Shown: positions 44,949-55,696, counted from the stretch's first letter. The stretch is DNA of 62,543 nt from Actinomycetota bacterium (GCA_947491175.1 CANLIF010000001.1:1-62543); one strand, 5' to 3'. The notes: generated by a model not told the origin, from the letters alone. Numbers and translations: made by a program.

Positions 44949-45569
44949 ATGTCAATTTTGAAACAGCTGGTTTTCACACCTAGGTGTTTGATTTGCACCA
45001 GACTAGGTGTTGATTTTTGCACGTCATGTATCGAAAAGATTCGACCGTTTCGAGCTCGAGATCTAAGTGAAATTGAAGTCTGCTTTTGCGCAGGCGATTA
45101 TTCTGGCTGGCTCCGAGACTCAGTTATCTGTTACAAGAACGGAGATGCCCGATACACCAAATTGTTAGCGCAGCTTTTAAGCAGAACTTTGGACAAACTC
45201 GATGTGACTGAAAATCTGACATTGATTCCGATTCCAAGTTCGCAACAAAAAATTAGCGAACGAGGTTTCGATTCCATGGCAAATCTGTGTACAAACATGA
45301 TTCGTGAACGAGAATCGCTAAATTTGGATACTTCAAATTTGTTTCTTCGCCGGACCGTCGTAGATCAAGTTGGTTTAACTGCTCTGCAACGCCAGGAAAA
45401 TTTAGACGGCGCATTTGGAACTCGATGGATAATAAACGGAACTGTAGTGATCGTTGATGACGTTATAACAACCGGTGCAACTATGAATAGTGCAGCCCGG
45501 GCTCTTAAATATGCTGGTGCCCAACGAGTCTTTGCACTGGCTTTGTGCGGCACTCCAAAAACCAGATAG
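44949..45569 (+). CDS. comF: ComF-family phosphoribosyltransferase-domain protein
   Basis: 206 aa. N-terminal Cys-rich finger (CLIC...CTSC) and the C-terminal PRTase motif VVIVDDVITTGAT. Canonical position after lpqB. Confidence 0.88.
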   Translation: MSILKQLVFTPRCLICTRLGVDFCTSCIEKIRPFRARDLSEIEVCFCAGDYSGWLRDSVICYKNGDARYTKLLAQLLSRTLDKLDVTENLTLIPIPSSQQKISERGFDSMANLCTNMIRERESLNLDTSNLFLRRTVVDQVGLTALQRQENLDGAFGTRWIINGTVVIVDDVITTGATMNSAARALKYAGAQRVFALALCGTPKTR

Positions 45570-45579
45570 CCTTTGAGTC

Positions 45580-45840
45580 GGCACCCACCCGGGTCCGTGA
45601 TTGCGTTGCAAAGCAGTTCTTCGAAGTTGTTTTGCAACAAGCCGACGCCAGCCGCAGGCAAAGCGGTCCACGTAAGACGACTTTTGGTCGTTGAGCACGG
45701 TGCGGTTTAGAAGTAAGTCCTGCCTGTTCTTTGATCCAGATGGTCAAAATAGACAGCGAGGGTTAGTAGTTGCGATTGACGCAGCCAAAGCTCCAGCAGG
45801 CGAATGTGGGGTCGAAAATCAGGTCGGACGGGTGGGTGTC
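45580..45840 (+). ncRNA. candidate structured ncRNA, possibly a raiA-motif RNA
   Basis: 355-nt gap with no credible ORF. 45580-45597 pairs with 45825-45840 (16 bp, 2-nt bulge). The G45581-T45839 pair is a G-U only in + sense. Internal hairpins include GTTGCAAA/TTTGCAAC (45605-45638), GACGAC/GTCGTT (45676-45692) and 45724-45756. The site directly downstream of comF fits the usual comFC-RNA-raiA context. No covariance model was run. Confidence 0.5.
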
Positions 45841-45924
45841 TTCTTCACTTCCCAAAAATCTTAACTTCCCAAAAAAAAGGACACCGTTTAACCCACTAGG
45901 GTTGGGTACTTAGCGTAGGGAGTT

Positions 45925-47139
45925 TTGGTGTCAGATCCGGCCGTTAAGTCCCAGCAAAAATTTATTTTAAAAGCTATGCCCCTTTTCTTTGTTGGCATGA
46001 CTTTACGTCCGCTAACCACTTCAGTTGGTCCAGTACTTCCTGAAATTCGGGCAGAATTTGGACTCAGCGCAACGGCTGCATCGTTGTTGAGTACCTTGCC
46101 GATTCTTATGTTTGGATTCGGCGCCATGCTGGTTCCTAGATTGTTAACCAAGGTCACTCCTAACAAAGCTGTGTCGTTTGCGTTGATTGCGCTGGCAATT
46201 GGTGGGACCTTTCGCTTAGTGCCATCAATTGTTGTTCTATATTTAGGAACCATAATTATTGGCCTTGGTGTCGCAGTAGGCAACGTGGTTCCATCAATAA
46301 TCACCCGGCGAGATTTCCCAAAAAACATCGGTGGAGTCATGGGAATGATCGCGGGAGCTATCTCAATTTCCGCATCCATTGCGGCATTGATTACGTATCC
46401 GCTTACGGACGCTTTTGGATCATGGCGCGGACCTTTAGAACTATGGGCTATTTTGCCATTGATCGCTTGGGCAGTTTGGCGAACTTATCGACACCAGGAA
46501 ACTGTCGATGCAACTTTAACAACACCTCGTGACATGCGGTCATTATTTCGCAACAAGTTAGCCTGGGCACTGGTTTTCTACTTTGGTTTCCAGTCCATGA
46601 ATTACCATTCGATGAATGCCTGGCTGCCATCGATTCTGCGAGATTCAGGTATGGATCCAACTGTTGCCGGAAATCAACTCGCTCTCTTAGTACTTCTCGG
46701 ATTTCCAGCTGGTCTATTTGTTCCGCCATTGGCTGCAAGATTTAAATCTCAGGTAATGCTTTGTCTGATTTTCGTGGCAGTCTTTGCGGTCGGCCTAGTT
46801 GGGATTTATCTCTTTGCCACTACAGGATGGTGGCCAAATGGAACTTGGCTTTGGGTTTCCCTACTTGGGATCGGATTGGGCTCGTCATTTCCACTGGCGT
46901 TAACTTTGGTTTTACTTCGGTCTGATAGCCACGAAACTGCCCGAGACTTAGGGTCGTTTATGCAAGGCGGCGGCTACATCATTTCCGCACTGGGCCCATT
47001 GACATTGGGCTTACTTAAAGACTTAACTCACACTTGGGTAGCGTCATTCATTGCGTTAGCAGTAGCGCTGGTTGTTCAGCTTATTTCGGGAATGGTAATT
47101 TCCCGTCCTGGAGTTATTAGTGGTGCAACAAAACCCTAA
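45925..47139 (+). CDS. MFS transporter (CynX/NimT-like)
   Basis: 404 aa with 12 TM segments. Start is TTG 45925 or GTG 45928 (GGGAG 5 nt upstream of the latter). Confidence 0.85.
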   Translation: MVSDPAVKSQQKFILKAMPLFFVGMTLRPLTTSVGPVLPEIRAEFGLSATAASLLSTLPILMFGFGAMLVPRLLTKVTPNKAVSFALIALAIGGTFRLVPSIVVLYLGTIIIGLGVAVGNVVPSIITRRDFPKNIGGVMGMIAGAISISASIAALITYPLTDAFGSWRGPLELWAILPLIAWAVWRTYRHQETVDATLTTPRDMRSLFRNKLAWALVFYFGFQSMNYHSMNAWLPSILRDSGMDPTVAGNQLALLVLLGFPAGLFVPPLAARFKSQVMLCLIFVAVFAVGLVGIYLFATTGWWPNGTWLWVSLLGIGLGSSFPLALTLVLLRSDSHETARDLGSFMQGGGYIISALGPLTLGLLKDLTHTWVASFIALAVALVVQLISGMVISRPGVISGATKP

Positions 47140-47174
47140 AACCCAAGATCCTGCTCAAGATGCAAGAATGAATT

Positions 47175-49238
47175 GTGACTAATCGCCTCGTAGATTCAAC
47201 TTCGCCGTACTTGTTGCAGCATGCCCAGAATCCAGTTGACTGGTATCCCTGGTCCGAAGCGGCTTTTGAACTGGCTAGAACCAGAGATGTACCGATTTTT
47301 TTGAGTGTCGGTTACAGCGCTTGTCATTGGTGCCATGTCATGGCTCATGAAAGTTTTGAAAACCCTTCAGTTGCCGCATTGATGAATGAGTATTTTGTAA
47401 ATATAAAGGTAGATCGCGAAGAACTACCAGCCGTTGATTCGTTGTATATGGAAGTTACCCAGGCGATGACTGGACAAGGTGGTTGGCCAAATTCAGTTTG
47501 GCTAGATCATGACCGACGACCATGGTATGCCGGAACTTATTTTCCACCCCGCCCATCACATGGAATGCCGTCATTTACCCAAGTCCTCTTGGCACTTAAT
47601 GACACCTGGACTAGCGATCGCGAACGAGTCAGTGAATCCTCAGCGCGAATCATGGAGCACATTGGATCACGCAACGAACTTATTATTAAGTCCAAATCAG
47701 ATTTCACTAAAGATGAAATTACATTTGCGGTAAATTCTGGAATCGATTCACTCTCTGCGACATTCGATCCTATAAATGGCGGCTTTGGTGACGCCCCAAA
47801 ATTTCCACCGTCACTAGCGTTGGAGTTTCTGCTTAGAAATCAAGCGCTTCAAAAACTTAATGGTGGCGAATCAGATTTTCGCATTAATCAAATGATCGAA
47901 CAAACTTGCAATGCCATGGCACGTGGTGGAATTTATGATCAACTAGGCGGGGGATTTGCAAGGTATAGCGTAGACGCAACTTGGACTGTTCCACATTTCG
48001 AAAAGATGCTTTACGACAACGCGCAACTCCTTTCGATTTATGCACACTGGTACCGACTATCTGGTGACGAGCAGGCACTGCGTATAACGACCGAAACTGC
48101 CGAATTCTTAATTCGTGATCTGCAAACTCCAGAAGGCGGCTTCGCAGCAGCACTTGATGCCGACAGTATCGAAATGGCAACTGGGCATTCCGAAGAAGGT
48201 GCGTTCTATGCCTGGACACCAGAACAAATTTTGGAAGTACTTGGCACAGCTGATGCAGATTGGGTAATTCAGTTGTGCAGAGTAACTCCAGAAGGAACTT
48301 TCGAACACGGTAAATCAGTTTTAACTCTTCATCACGATCCGGATGACTGGGAAAGATGGCGCGACTTACGCACAAAACTTTTACTGTCTAGAGAAACCAG
48401 ACCACGTCCCGGTAGAGACGACAAAATCGTCGCGAGTTGGAATGGACTTGCGATCCGAGCTTTGGTTGATGCGGGCAGCATTTGCAGTCGCCAAGATTGG
48501 ATTGATTGCGCGACTCGAGCTGGAGAGTTATTAGTCACTACGCATCTTGGAGCTGACTTAACTCACTCCAATAGATTGGTCAGAGTTTCGCGCGATGGCA
48601 AAGCTGGACTCCATGCCCTTGGTGTCCTTGAAGATCAAGCTCTGGTTGCAAGTGCATTTTTAGCTTTAGCGCAGGCCAATGGTGATGATAGCTGGCGCAT
48701 ATTGGCTGGGAGGTTACTTGACGACATTCAAGATCATTTTCAGCAAGGCTCTGGTCTGACAGATACTGCAAACGATGTTGAACCAGTGGCTAAAGACGTT
48801 GCGGCCAGGCAAGTTGATCCAACCGACAATGTCGCGCCATCTGGATGGGCAGCAACAATTGATGCTGCGCTGACTTACGCGGCGCTTTCGGGAGACACCG
48901 AAATGCGAGCTTGGGCGGAAAAATTCATTCCAGCGCTAGTGCCATTAGTTGCGTCCCATACCCGGTTTGCTGGGTGGGGAAGTGCCATGTTCGTAACTTG
49001 GCTTGATGGCCCTCGGGAAGTTGCGATTGCTGGTCCGAGTGATTCTGGCTTCCGTGAAATATTGGCGCAAGGAACCGCGCCAGGAATGGTTTACGCCTGG
49101 GGTAGTGACCAACCACTTTTACAGGATCGAAACATAATTGACGACCATACGACCGCGTATGTATGTCGTGGATTTGTCTGCGATGCACCAACCACAGATT
49201 TGCAAGTATTGAAAAAACTAATTGGCGTATTTAACTAA
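47175..49238 (+). CDS. thioredoxin-domain protein (DUF255/YyaL family)
   Basis: 687 aa. N-terminal [17 protein letters not shown]...[11 protein letters not shown], followed by an (alpha/alpha)6-barrel-like region. Confidence 0.9.
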   Translation: MTNRLVDSTSPYLLQHAQNPVDWYPWSEAAFELARTRDVPIFLSVGYSACHWCHVMAHESFENPSVAALMNEYFVNIKVDREELPAVDSLYMEVTQAMTGQGGWPNSVWLDHDRRPWYAGTYFPPRPSHGMPSFTQVLLALNDTWTSDRERVSESSARIMEHIGSRNELIIKSKSDFTKDEITFAVNSGIDSLSATFDPINGGFGDAPKFPPSLALEFLLRNQALQKLNGGESDFRINQMIEQTCNAMARGGIYDQLGGGFARYSVDATWTVPHFEKMLYDNAQLLSIYAHWYRLSGDEQALRITTETAEFLIRDLQTPEGGFAAALDADSIEMATGHSEEGAFYAWTPEQILEVLGTADADWVIQLCRVTPEGTFEHGKSVLTLHHDPDDWERWRDLRTKLLLSRETRPRPGRDDKIVASWNGLAIRALVDAGSICSRQDWIDCATRAGELLVTTHLGADLTHSNRLVRVSRDGKAGLHALGVLEDQALVASAFLALAQANGDDSWRILAGRLLDDIQDHFQQGSGLTDTANDVEPVAKDVAARQVDPTDNVAPSGWAATIDAALTYAALSGDTEMRAWAEKFIPALVPLVASHTRFAGWGSAMFVTWLDGPREVAIAGPSDSGFREILAQGTAPGMVYAWGSDQPLLQDRNIIDDHTTAYVCRGFVCDAPTTDLQVLKKLIGVFN

Positions 49239-50011
49239 ATACCAAATCGTCGATTTCTTGCTGTGTATGAGCGCACCGCACGCAAGAAATCAATTTTGCG
49301 AAAGTTTGGCCAGTAAGCCTCACAAAAATAAAACTCTGAGTGTGCGCTTTGCCACAATAAGAATCCACTTAGTCTTTGTTCCCCTGAAGTTCTAATAACT
49401 AAATCTGGATCTGGTTGGCCTTTGGTGTACAAGTGCGAAGCAATTTGCTCGATATTGATTTCCGATGCGATTTTAGTTAGCGACTTACCGGCTGCCGATC
49501 CATCAAGAAGTAATGATCTAACTGCATCTACTACTTCTTGTCTGCCACCATATCCAATCGCAACATTTACCAGGAGCCCTGGTACATTTTCGGTTGCAAC
49601 TTTTGTCTTATTGAGTAGGTCCGCAGTTCGCTCGGGAAGAAGTTCGAGTGCTCCCACGGGATGGATCTGCCATCTACCTGTGTTGCCCAAAGAAGTCACG
49701 GTATCTTCAATGATTTCCAATAACGCATCTAGTTCTGTAGGTTCGCGCAGCAAGTTATCTGTAGAAAGTAGCCACAGGGTTACGACCTCGACACCTAGCT
49801 CCTCACACCAGCCAAGAAACTCAGTAATCTTTTCGCCACCGGCTCGATGTCCGTATGCACTTGACGAACCCAATTCGGCAGCCCAGCGACGATTCCCATC
49901 CAAGATAACGCCAACGTGAGCGGGCAATTGATCCTGAGGGAGTGAGGAAGTTAGCCGATGACCGTACAAGTCATATGCAATGTCGCCAACGAGAGTGCGC
50001 AGTCTTCCCAT
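49235..50011 (-). CDS. uppS: (Z)-isoprenyl diphosphate synthase, UppS family (Rv1086-like)
   Basis: [16 protein letters not shown] and [17 protein letters not shown]. Start set at ATG 50011 by length and alignment to Rv1086-type enzymes. The ORF is open to a TTG at 50215, which would overlap divergent phoH2. Confidence 0.88.
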   Translation of the reverse strand: MGRLRTLVGDIAYDLYGHRLTSSLPQDQLPAHVGVILDGNRRWAAELGSSSAYGHRAGGEKITEFLGWCEELGVEVVTLWLLSTDNLLREPTELDALLEIIEDTVTSLGNTGRWQIHPVGALELLPERTADLLNKTKVATENVPGLLVNVAIGYGGRQEVVDAVRSLLLDGSAAGKSLTKIASEINIEQIASHLYTKGQPDPDLVIRTSGEQRLSGFLLWQSAHSEFYFCEAYWPNFRKIDFLRAVRSYTARNRRFGI

Positions 50012-50194
50012 GCGACCTAGGTTAGTAGATGCCAAACCTGCCCGGGTATCCCCGTAATTGTTCATAAATTCACTGACTAGAAACTCTTTGGTACGGCGTG
50101 TCTGACCTAACCAAATCAGGTATCGCAATACCGTCGGGTTATCGGACAATTCCGAGCCTTCCCAAGGATAAATCTGAAAATCTGGGGTGAGCTC

Positions 50195-51502
50195 GTGGCC
50201 GAATCGAACACTCAAAAACGCACGTATGTTTTGGATACCAGCGTCTTGCTATCTGACCCGAGTGCCTTGTTTCGATTTGATGAACATGAAGTAGTTATTC
50301 CGATAGTTGTTATTACGGAATTAGAATCTAAGCGAACCCATCCCGAATTAGGTTATTTTGCGCGTTCCGCGCTGCGAAGCCTCGATGACCTACGAATTAA
50401 ACATGGGCGCCTCGATGCCCCAATTCCACTTGGTGACAAAGGTGGAGTTCTGAGGGTTGAACTTAATCACACAAACTCAGAGATTCTGCCCGCCGGTTTT
50501 CGACTTGGTGATAACGACACCAGAATTCTTTCAGTCGCCAAGAATCTTTCAGCTGAGGGCTGCGATGTTGTTTTAGTCAGTAAAGATTTGCCACTTCGAG
50601 TCAAAGCCTCTGCACTTGGTTTAGAGGCACAGGAGTATCGCGCTGAGATTGTCCCATCAAGTGGTTGGACCGGAATGTCAGAAGCCACAGTGAGTGCTTC
50701 TGAAATTGACTCTCTTTACAGTGATGAAATCATCGACCACGAAAGTGCTCGGGAACATCCTTGCCACACTGGAATTGTGCTTTCCAGCGAACGCGGTAGC
50801 GCATTGGCTAGAGTCACACCCGACAAGCGCCTCCAACTAATCCGTGGTGATCGCGAAGCATTTGGCCTGCATGGAAGAAGTGCAGAGCAACGAATCGCCT
50901 TGGACTTGCTGCTAGATCCTGAAATTGGAATTATCTCACTCGGTGGACGTGCTGGAACTGGCAAGAGCGCTTTGGCGCTTTGTGCAGGCTTAGAAGCCGT
51001 GATGGAACGCCAACGACACCGAAAGGTAATCATTTTTCGACCACTTTACGCAGTTGGAGGCCAGGAACTTGGTTACTTACCAGGCAGTGAGAACGAAAAA
51101 ATGTCTCCATGGGCGCAGGCGGTCTTTGACACTTTGTCCTCTGTTACATCCAGTGATGTTATCGATGAGATTCTGGACCGAGGTTTGCTAGAGGTGCTTC
51201 CGTTGACTCACATTCGTGGCCGTTCTTTACATGACACTTTTGTAATTGTGGACGAAGCGCAATCACTTGAACGAAATGTCCTACTGACAGTGCTTTCGCG
51301 GATTGGCAAAGATAGTCGAGTTGTACTAACACACGATGTTGCGCAACGAGACAATTTGCGCGTTGGAAGACATGACGGTGTTGTCGCCGTTGTGGAAAAG
51401 CTTAAGGGCCATCCATTATTTGCGCACGTAACTTTGAATAGATCAGAGCGCTCACCAATTGCTGCACTTGTTACAGAGATGCTTGAAGACCTGCCTGCAT
51501 AG
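50195..51502 (+). CDS. phoH2: PhoH2 (N-terminal PIN domain fused to PhoH-like ATPase)
   Basis: 435 aa. [14 protein letters not shown] (PIN), Walker A GRAGTGKS and DEAQ Walker B. Confidence 0.92.
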   Translation: MAESNTQKRTYVLDTSVLLSDPSALFRFDEHEVVIPIVVITELESKRTHPELGYFARSALRSLDDLRIKHGRLDAPIPLGDKGGVLRVELNHTNSEILPAGFRLGDNDTRILSVAKNLSAEGCDVVLVSKDLPLRVKASALGLEAQEYRAEIVPSSGWTGMSEATVSASEIDSLYSDEIIDHESAREHPCHTGIVLSSERGSALARVTPDKRLQLIRGDREAFGLHGRSAEQRIALDLLLDPEIGIISLGGRAGTGKSALALCAGLEAVMERQRHRKVIIFRPLYAVGGQELGYLPGSENEKMSPWAQAVFDTLSSVTSSDVIDEILDRGLLEVLPLTHIRGRSLHDTFVIVDEAQSLERNVLLTVLSRIGKDSRVVLTHDVAQRDNLRVGRHDGVVAVVEKLKGHPLFAHVTLNRSERSPIAALVTEMLEDLPA

Positions 51503-51535
51503 TAAATAACTTCAATTGTTAAGATGGAGGACAAT

Positions 51536-51949
51536 ATGACAAAAAGGATTTTGGCTTCAGCTGCACTTGCGTTAAGTGCATCCTTAACATTCCAGTCAAG
51601 TATCAGCCCGATTCAAGCGGCAAGCATTCGCACGGTCAGTGACCCGACTCGAGGTCTTTCCACTAAAGCAGAGCGCCAGAAGATTGCTTTCCAGGTTTGG
51701 GTTAAGTCTCCGACGGCTAAGCATTTAAAAAAAGTTGAGTCGAGCAACAACTGCAAAGCTATCGGTGGAAATGGAAAGTACCACGGAACCTGGCAAATGA
51801 ATGCTGGATTTTGGAAAACGTACGGTGGCCTGAAATACGCTTCCAAAGCCAGTAAGGCAACTTGTGGCGAACAAGATCTGGTTGCTTATAAAGGTTGGCT
51901 AGCCCGGGGCTGGAGCCCTTGGCCACCTGCCAAAAGATTCAATCCTTAG
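51536..51949 (+). CDS. secreted transglycosylase-like domain protein (Rpf/SLT-related)
   Basis: Signal peptide MTKRILASAALALSASL...AAS. C-terminal ...CKAIGGNGKYHGTWQMNAGFWKTYGG...GWSPWP resembles the transglycosylase-like domain. GGAGGA lies 4 nt before ATG 51536. Confidence 0.7.
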   Translation: MTKRILASAALALSASLTFQSSISPIQAASIRTVSDPTRGLSTKAERQKIAFQVWVKSPTAKHLKKVESSNNCKAIGGNGKYHGTWQMNAGFWKTYGGLKYASKASKATCGEQDLVAYKGWLARGWSPWPPAKRFNP

Positions 51950-51956
51950 TTTTCAA

Positions 51957-53621
51957 CTAGTTCGGCGGGCCAATCGGGATGTTCAAGGCAATTGGCCGCA
52001 GGGTTTCGGCAAAGAAATCATTTCCTTTGTCGTCAACTACAACAAATGCTGGGAAGTTTTCCACTTCAATTTTCCAAACTGCTTCCATACCCATCTCAGG
52101 GAAATCTAGGACTTCAACTTTCTTAATGTTGTCTTTGGCTAGTCGAGCCGCTGGGCCACCGATTGAGCCTAGGTAGAAGCCACCGTTTTCTTGGCATGCC
52201 TTCGTGACTGCATCGCTGCGGTTTCCTTTAGCCAGCATGACAAATGACCCACCGGCTTTTTGAAACCGATCTACATAAGCGTCCATGCGACCTGCAGTAG
52301 TTGGCCCGAAGGATCCAGATGCGTAACCTTCTGGAGTTTTAGCTGGACCCGCATAGTAAACCGCATGATCTTTGAAGTACTGTGGCATTTCTTCGCCACG
52401 ATCAATCATTTCTAGAATCTTTGCATGAGCTAAGTCGCGCGCCACGATGAGCGGACCAGTAAGTGAAACTCGAGTTTTCACTTCAAGCTTTGACAAGGTT
52501 TCTCGGATCTCAGACATTGGACGAGTTAAGTCAATGCTGATGACCTTTTCATCTAAGTGCTCATCGGTAATTTCTGGCAGAAAACGAGCTGGGTCGGTTT
52601 CCAGTTTTTCAATGTAAGCACCCGTGGCATCAATCTTCACGAGAGCTTGTCGGTCGGCAGAGCAAGACACTGCAATTGCGATTGGGCAAGAAGCGCCATG
52701 GCGAGGTAAGCGAATTACTCGAACGTCATGGCAGAAATATTTTCCACCGAACTGCGCGCCAATTCCAAAGTTTTGCGTGAGCTTAAGAATTTGCTCTTCC
52801 ATCTCAAGATCTCGGTAGCCGTTACCATCAGGTCCGCCAGATGTTGGAAGCGAGTCTAAATACTTTGTGCTGGCAAGTTTAGAAACCTTGAGTGCATATT
52901 CAGCACTTGTTCCGCCCACAACTATTGCCAAGTGGTACGGCGGGCAAGCTGAGGTTCCAATGAGGCGCAATTTTTCATCCATGAACCGCAAGAAACTTTC
53001 TTGATTCAACACTGCTTTAGTTTCTTGATATAGGTAACTTTTGTTTGCGCTACCGCCACCCTTAGCAATGAATAGCATTTCGTATGAGTTTTCATGACCG
53101 GGTTTGGTGTCTGAATATATTTCAATCTGGGCTGGCAAATTATCGCCAGTGTTTTTCTCATCCCACATGTTAAGTGGCGAAAGCTGTGAGTATCGAAGGT
53201 TTAGTTTCTGATAGGCGTCATAGATGCCGCGACTGATGGCTACTTCATCTGGCCCATCAGTAAGGATCTGAGACCCTCTCTTAGCACTAACAATTGCAGT
53301 TCCAGTGTCTTGGCACATTGGTAAAATTCCACCAGCAGCAATGTTGGCATTCTTCATTAAATCGATCGCAACGAATCTGTCGTTTGGCGAAGCCGTTGGA
53401 TCATCGATTATCTTCTTAAGCTGCTCTAGATGGCTGGTCCGTAAGTAGTGTGAAATATCGTGAATTGCTTCGTATGCGACTTTTTCCAACACGCTGTCGT
53501 CAATGTTTAGAAATGTGCGCTCACCGATAGTTGTGGTTGTTATTCCCTCAGTGGTAACCAATCGATATTCGGGGTCATTTTGCGCGATTGGCAAGATTTC
53601 GGTGTAGTTAAACGAGCTCAT
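51957..53621 (-). CDS. fumA: class I fumarate hydratase (fused alpha/beta, Fe-S dependent)
   Basis: 554 aa. [18 protein letters not shown] and a C-terminal beta domain (GPTTAGRMD). Confidence 0.95.
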   Translation of the reverse strand: MSSFNYTEILPIAQNDPEYRLVTTEGITTTTIGERTFLNIDDSVLEKVAYEAIHDISHYLRTSHLEQLKKIIDDPTASPNDRFVAIDLMKNANIAAGGILPMCQDTGTAIVSAKRGSQILTDGPDEVAISRGIYDAYQKLNLRYSQLSPLNMWDEKNTGDNLPAQIEIYSDTKPGHENSYEMLFIAKGGGSANKSYLYQETKAVLNQESFLRFMDEKLRLIGTSACPPYHLAIVVGGTSAEYALKVSKLASTKYLDSLPTSGGPDGNGYRDLEMEEQILKLTQNFGIGAQFGGKYFCHDVRVIRLPRHGASCPIAIAVSCSADRQALVKIDATGAYIEKLETDPARFLPEITDEHLDEKVISIDLTRPMSEIRETLSKLEVKTRVSLTGPLIVARDLAHAKILEMIDRGEEMPQYFKDHAVYYAGPAKTPEGYASGSFGPTTAGRMDAYVDRFQKAGGSFVMLAKGNRSDAVTKACQENGGFYLGSIGGPAARLAKDNIKKVEVLDFPEMGMEAVWKIEVENFPAFVVVDDKGNDFFAETLRPIALNIPIGPPN

Positions 53622-53705
53622 ATGGTCAGCCTAATCCGTTTTAGGAAGTCCCACTGTTGGCACCGCGCAAGAGCAAACTTGGGATAAAGCAGGCAAAATA
53701 GAGTT

Positions 53706-54251
53706 ATGGCAAACAAAAAACCAAGAGGGCGAGAAACTGCTTGGGACATGGTGCTATCCATGAGTGCAGTGATTGCCACGGTTGGCGTCATTATGTTGTT
53801 GGCTTGGCGGCCACAAGAAGAAGTTAAGCAAAGCGTAGATTACGAATCTGCTGTTGCGAGCGCGGTGATTGCGCAAACTTGGCCAATCTCAATTCCAAAA
53901 ACTTTGCCCACTGGGTATCAGACAACAAGTGCTCGAATTGAGCCAGAGTCCTATGGTGAGACCGGTGACATTAGATGGATCTTGGGTTTTCAAACCCAAT
54001 CAAATGAATATGTCTCACTCTGGCAAAGTGATGGACCCGTTAGATCAGTCGTATCGGCAGCAACAAATAGCGCACCCTGCGAATCAACGGAGACCATCAA
54101 TGAGGTGACCTGGCAAAAATGTGAAATTGATAAACCATTGACCCGGGCATTTGTAAAGACCGAAGGCGACGTGACATCCATAGTTTCTGGCACTGCGCAA
54201 TGGGATGAGCTTTTGCGGTTTGCCGAATCATTAGTGCTGGCAAAACCATAG
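53706..54251 (+). CDS. DUF4245-like membrane-anchored protein
   Basis: 181 aa with an N-terminal basic stretch plus one TM segment. Conserved actinobacterial neighbour of xseB; assignment is by synteny and architecture. Confidence 0.6.
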   Translation: MANKKPRGRETAWDMVLSMSAVIATVGVIMLLAWRPQEEVKQSVDYESAVASAVIAQTWPISIPKTLPTGYQTTSARIEPESYGETGDIRWILGFQTQSNEYVSLWQSDGPVRSVVSAATNSAPCESTETINEVTWQKCEIDKPLTRAFVKTEGDVTSIVSGTAQWDELLRFAESLVLAKP

Positions 54252-54260
54252 ACTCTTCCT

Positions 54261-54476
54261 ATGGCTAAAGATCAAGCAACAGAGCTGTCTTATGAGGCAG
54301 CAAAGTCTCAGTTAGACGTAATCGTCACCCGACTTGAAGACAAAGATCTGCCACTTGATGACATGGTTTCGTTGTGGGAGCAGGGCGAAAAATTAGCAAC
54401 GATCTGCGAAGAGCGCCTGGCAGGGGCTAAAGCCAGATTAGAAGCATTAAGGCCAAGTCAAACTAACGAAAGTTAA
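54261..54476 (+). CDS. xseB: exodeoxyribonuclease VII small subunit
   Basis: 71 aa. LSYEAAKSQLDVIVTRLEDKDLPLDDMVSLWEQGEKLATICEERL is a canonical XseB helical hairpin. Confidence 0.9.
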   Translation: MAKDQATELSYEAAKSQLDVIVTRLEDKDLPLDDMVSLWEQGEKLATICEERLAGAKARLEALRPSQTNES

Positions 54477-55696
54477 TTCTTTTCAACTCGAGTTACTAAG
54501 TCACCTTCAGCAAACTTAACGCGAAGTTCTTCGCCAACATTTACTTGGGTAGAACTCTTAATGATCTTATTGTTTGAATTTCTCACAATTGAAAATCCGC
54601 GTTCGAGAGTTCCTTGCGGCGACAGTGCCCGCAAAGTCGCATAGGAGCCAGCCAAGTGTGCAGTTTCAAGTTCAATTACATTTTTAACTTTTACCTGAAT
54701 AGCCGAACGTAATCCAGCGTTTTCAGTTAGCCGTTGCGAGATTAAAGTAGCGGGCGATGCTAGTGCCGGGCGACTTCGAGTCAGTGCAAGTTGCTGTTCA
54801 AGCCGGGTTATGCCAGCTGAAATGAGAGATTGCATTCTGGTTTGCGCATTTCTCAGATCAGATATTTCTTGTAATACATCTGGAACAATTTTGCGAGCTG
54901 CATCAGTCGGGGTTGACGCTCGATAGTCTGCAACGTAATCAATCAATGGGCGATCCTCTTCATGTCCAATGGCAGCAACTACTGGAGTTTCAATTCCCGC
55001 TACGACTCGAATTAAAGATTCATCACTAAATGGCAGAAGGTCTTCAAACGCGCCACCGCCGCGAGCAATCACGATTACGTCAATGTCAGGAATTGCGTCT
55101 AGTTCAGTTAAAGCATCACTGACTTGTCGAACACAGTTAACGCCCTGGACTGCAACTTCACGAACTTCAAACTGCACATCTGGCCAGCGGCGTTTGGCAT
55201 TTTCGATCACATCGTGCATGGCATCGCTGGCTTGGCCACAAATCAAGCCAATTCGTCTTGGTAAAAACGGTAATGGCTTTTTTCGATCTTCATTGAATAG
55301 ACCTTCAGCGGCTAAAAGATTTCGTAGGGCTTCAAGGCGGGCCATAAGTTCACCAATGCCGACTGCGCGCATTTGCAAAACCTTGAATTGCAAAGAGCCG
55401 CGTTTGGCCCACCAGTCAGCTTTGACTTGAACCAAGACTCGACTGCCTTGTTCGACTGTGGTTGCAAGTGAATCCATAACGCCGGACGCTATGTAAAGTG
55501 ACAATGAAACGTCGCGATCAGTATCGCGCAGTGACAGATAAGTTAAACCTTTTCTTGGGTTAACTTCGGCAAGTTGCCCTTCAATCCAAATAGTTCCAAG
55601 TCGGCCAATATATTCACCGATCATGGTGCTCACTGAATGAACTGCCAGCGGTGACTCCGGATCGAGGCCGGGCTTACCAAGTTCACTCTGGTCCAT
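54473..55696 (-). CDS. xseA: exodeoxyribonuclease VII large subunit
   Basis: 407 aa. N-terminal OB fold (WIEGQLAEVN) and catalytic region (IGLICGQASDA, ARGGG, GHEED). Confidence 0.95.
   Translation of the reverse strand: MDQSELGKPGLDPESPLAVHSVSTMIGEYIGRLGTIWIEGQLAEVNPRKGLTYLSLRDTDRDVSLSLYIASGVMDSLATTVEQGSRVLVQVKADWWAKRGSLQFKVLQMRAVGIGELMARLEALRNLLAAEGLFNEDRKKPLPFLPRRIGLICGQASDAMHDVIENAKRRWPDVQFEVREVAVQGVNCVRQVSDALTELDAIPDIDVIVIARGGGAFEDLLPFSDESLIRVVAGIETPVVAAIGHEEDRPLIDYVADYRASTPTDAARKIVPDVLQEISDLRNAQTRMQSLISAGITRLEQQLALTRSRPALASPATLISQRLTENAGLRSAIQVKVKNVIELETAHLAGSYATLRALSPQGTLERGFSIVRNSNNKIIKSSTQVNVGEELRVKFAEGDLVTRVEKN

Noticed and set aside
45580-45840. 6S RNA, RNase P RNA, tmRNA or SRP RNA
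   Set aside because: The conserved cores are absent: no GGAGGAAAGTCC-type RNase P motif, no tmRNA tRNA-like ends or tag ORF, no SRP domain IV motif. It does not fold as a single long bulged 6S hairpin. The genomic context fits the raiA motif better, though this is unverified.
45570-45924. Degraded hpf/raiA pseudogene or the three overlapping minus-strand ORFs (45365-45747)
   Set aside because: Translations in all frames show no HPF-like sequence. The minus-strand ORFs overlap each other in three frames and overlap comF, consistent with a locally GC-rich, stop-poor structured RNA rather than coding sequence.
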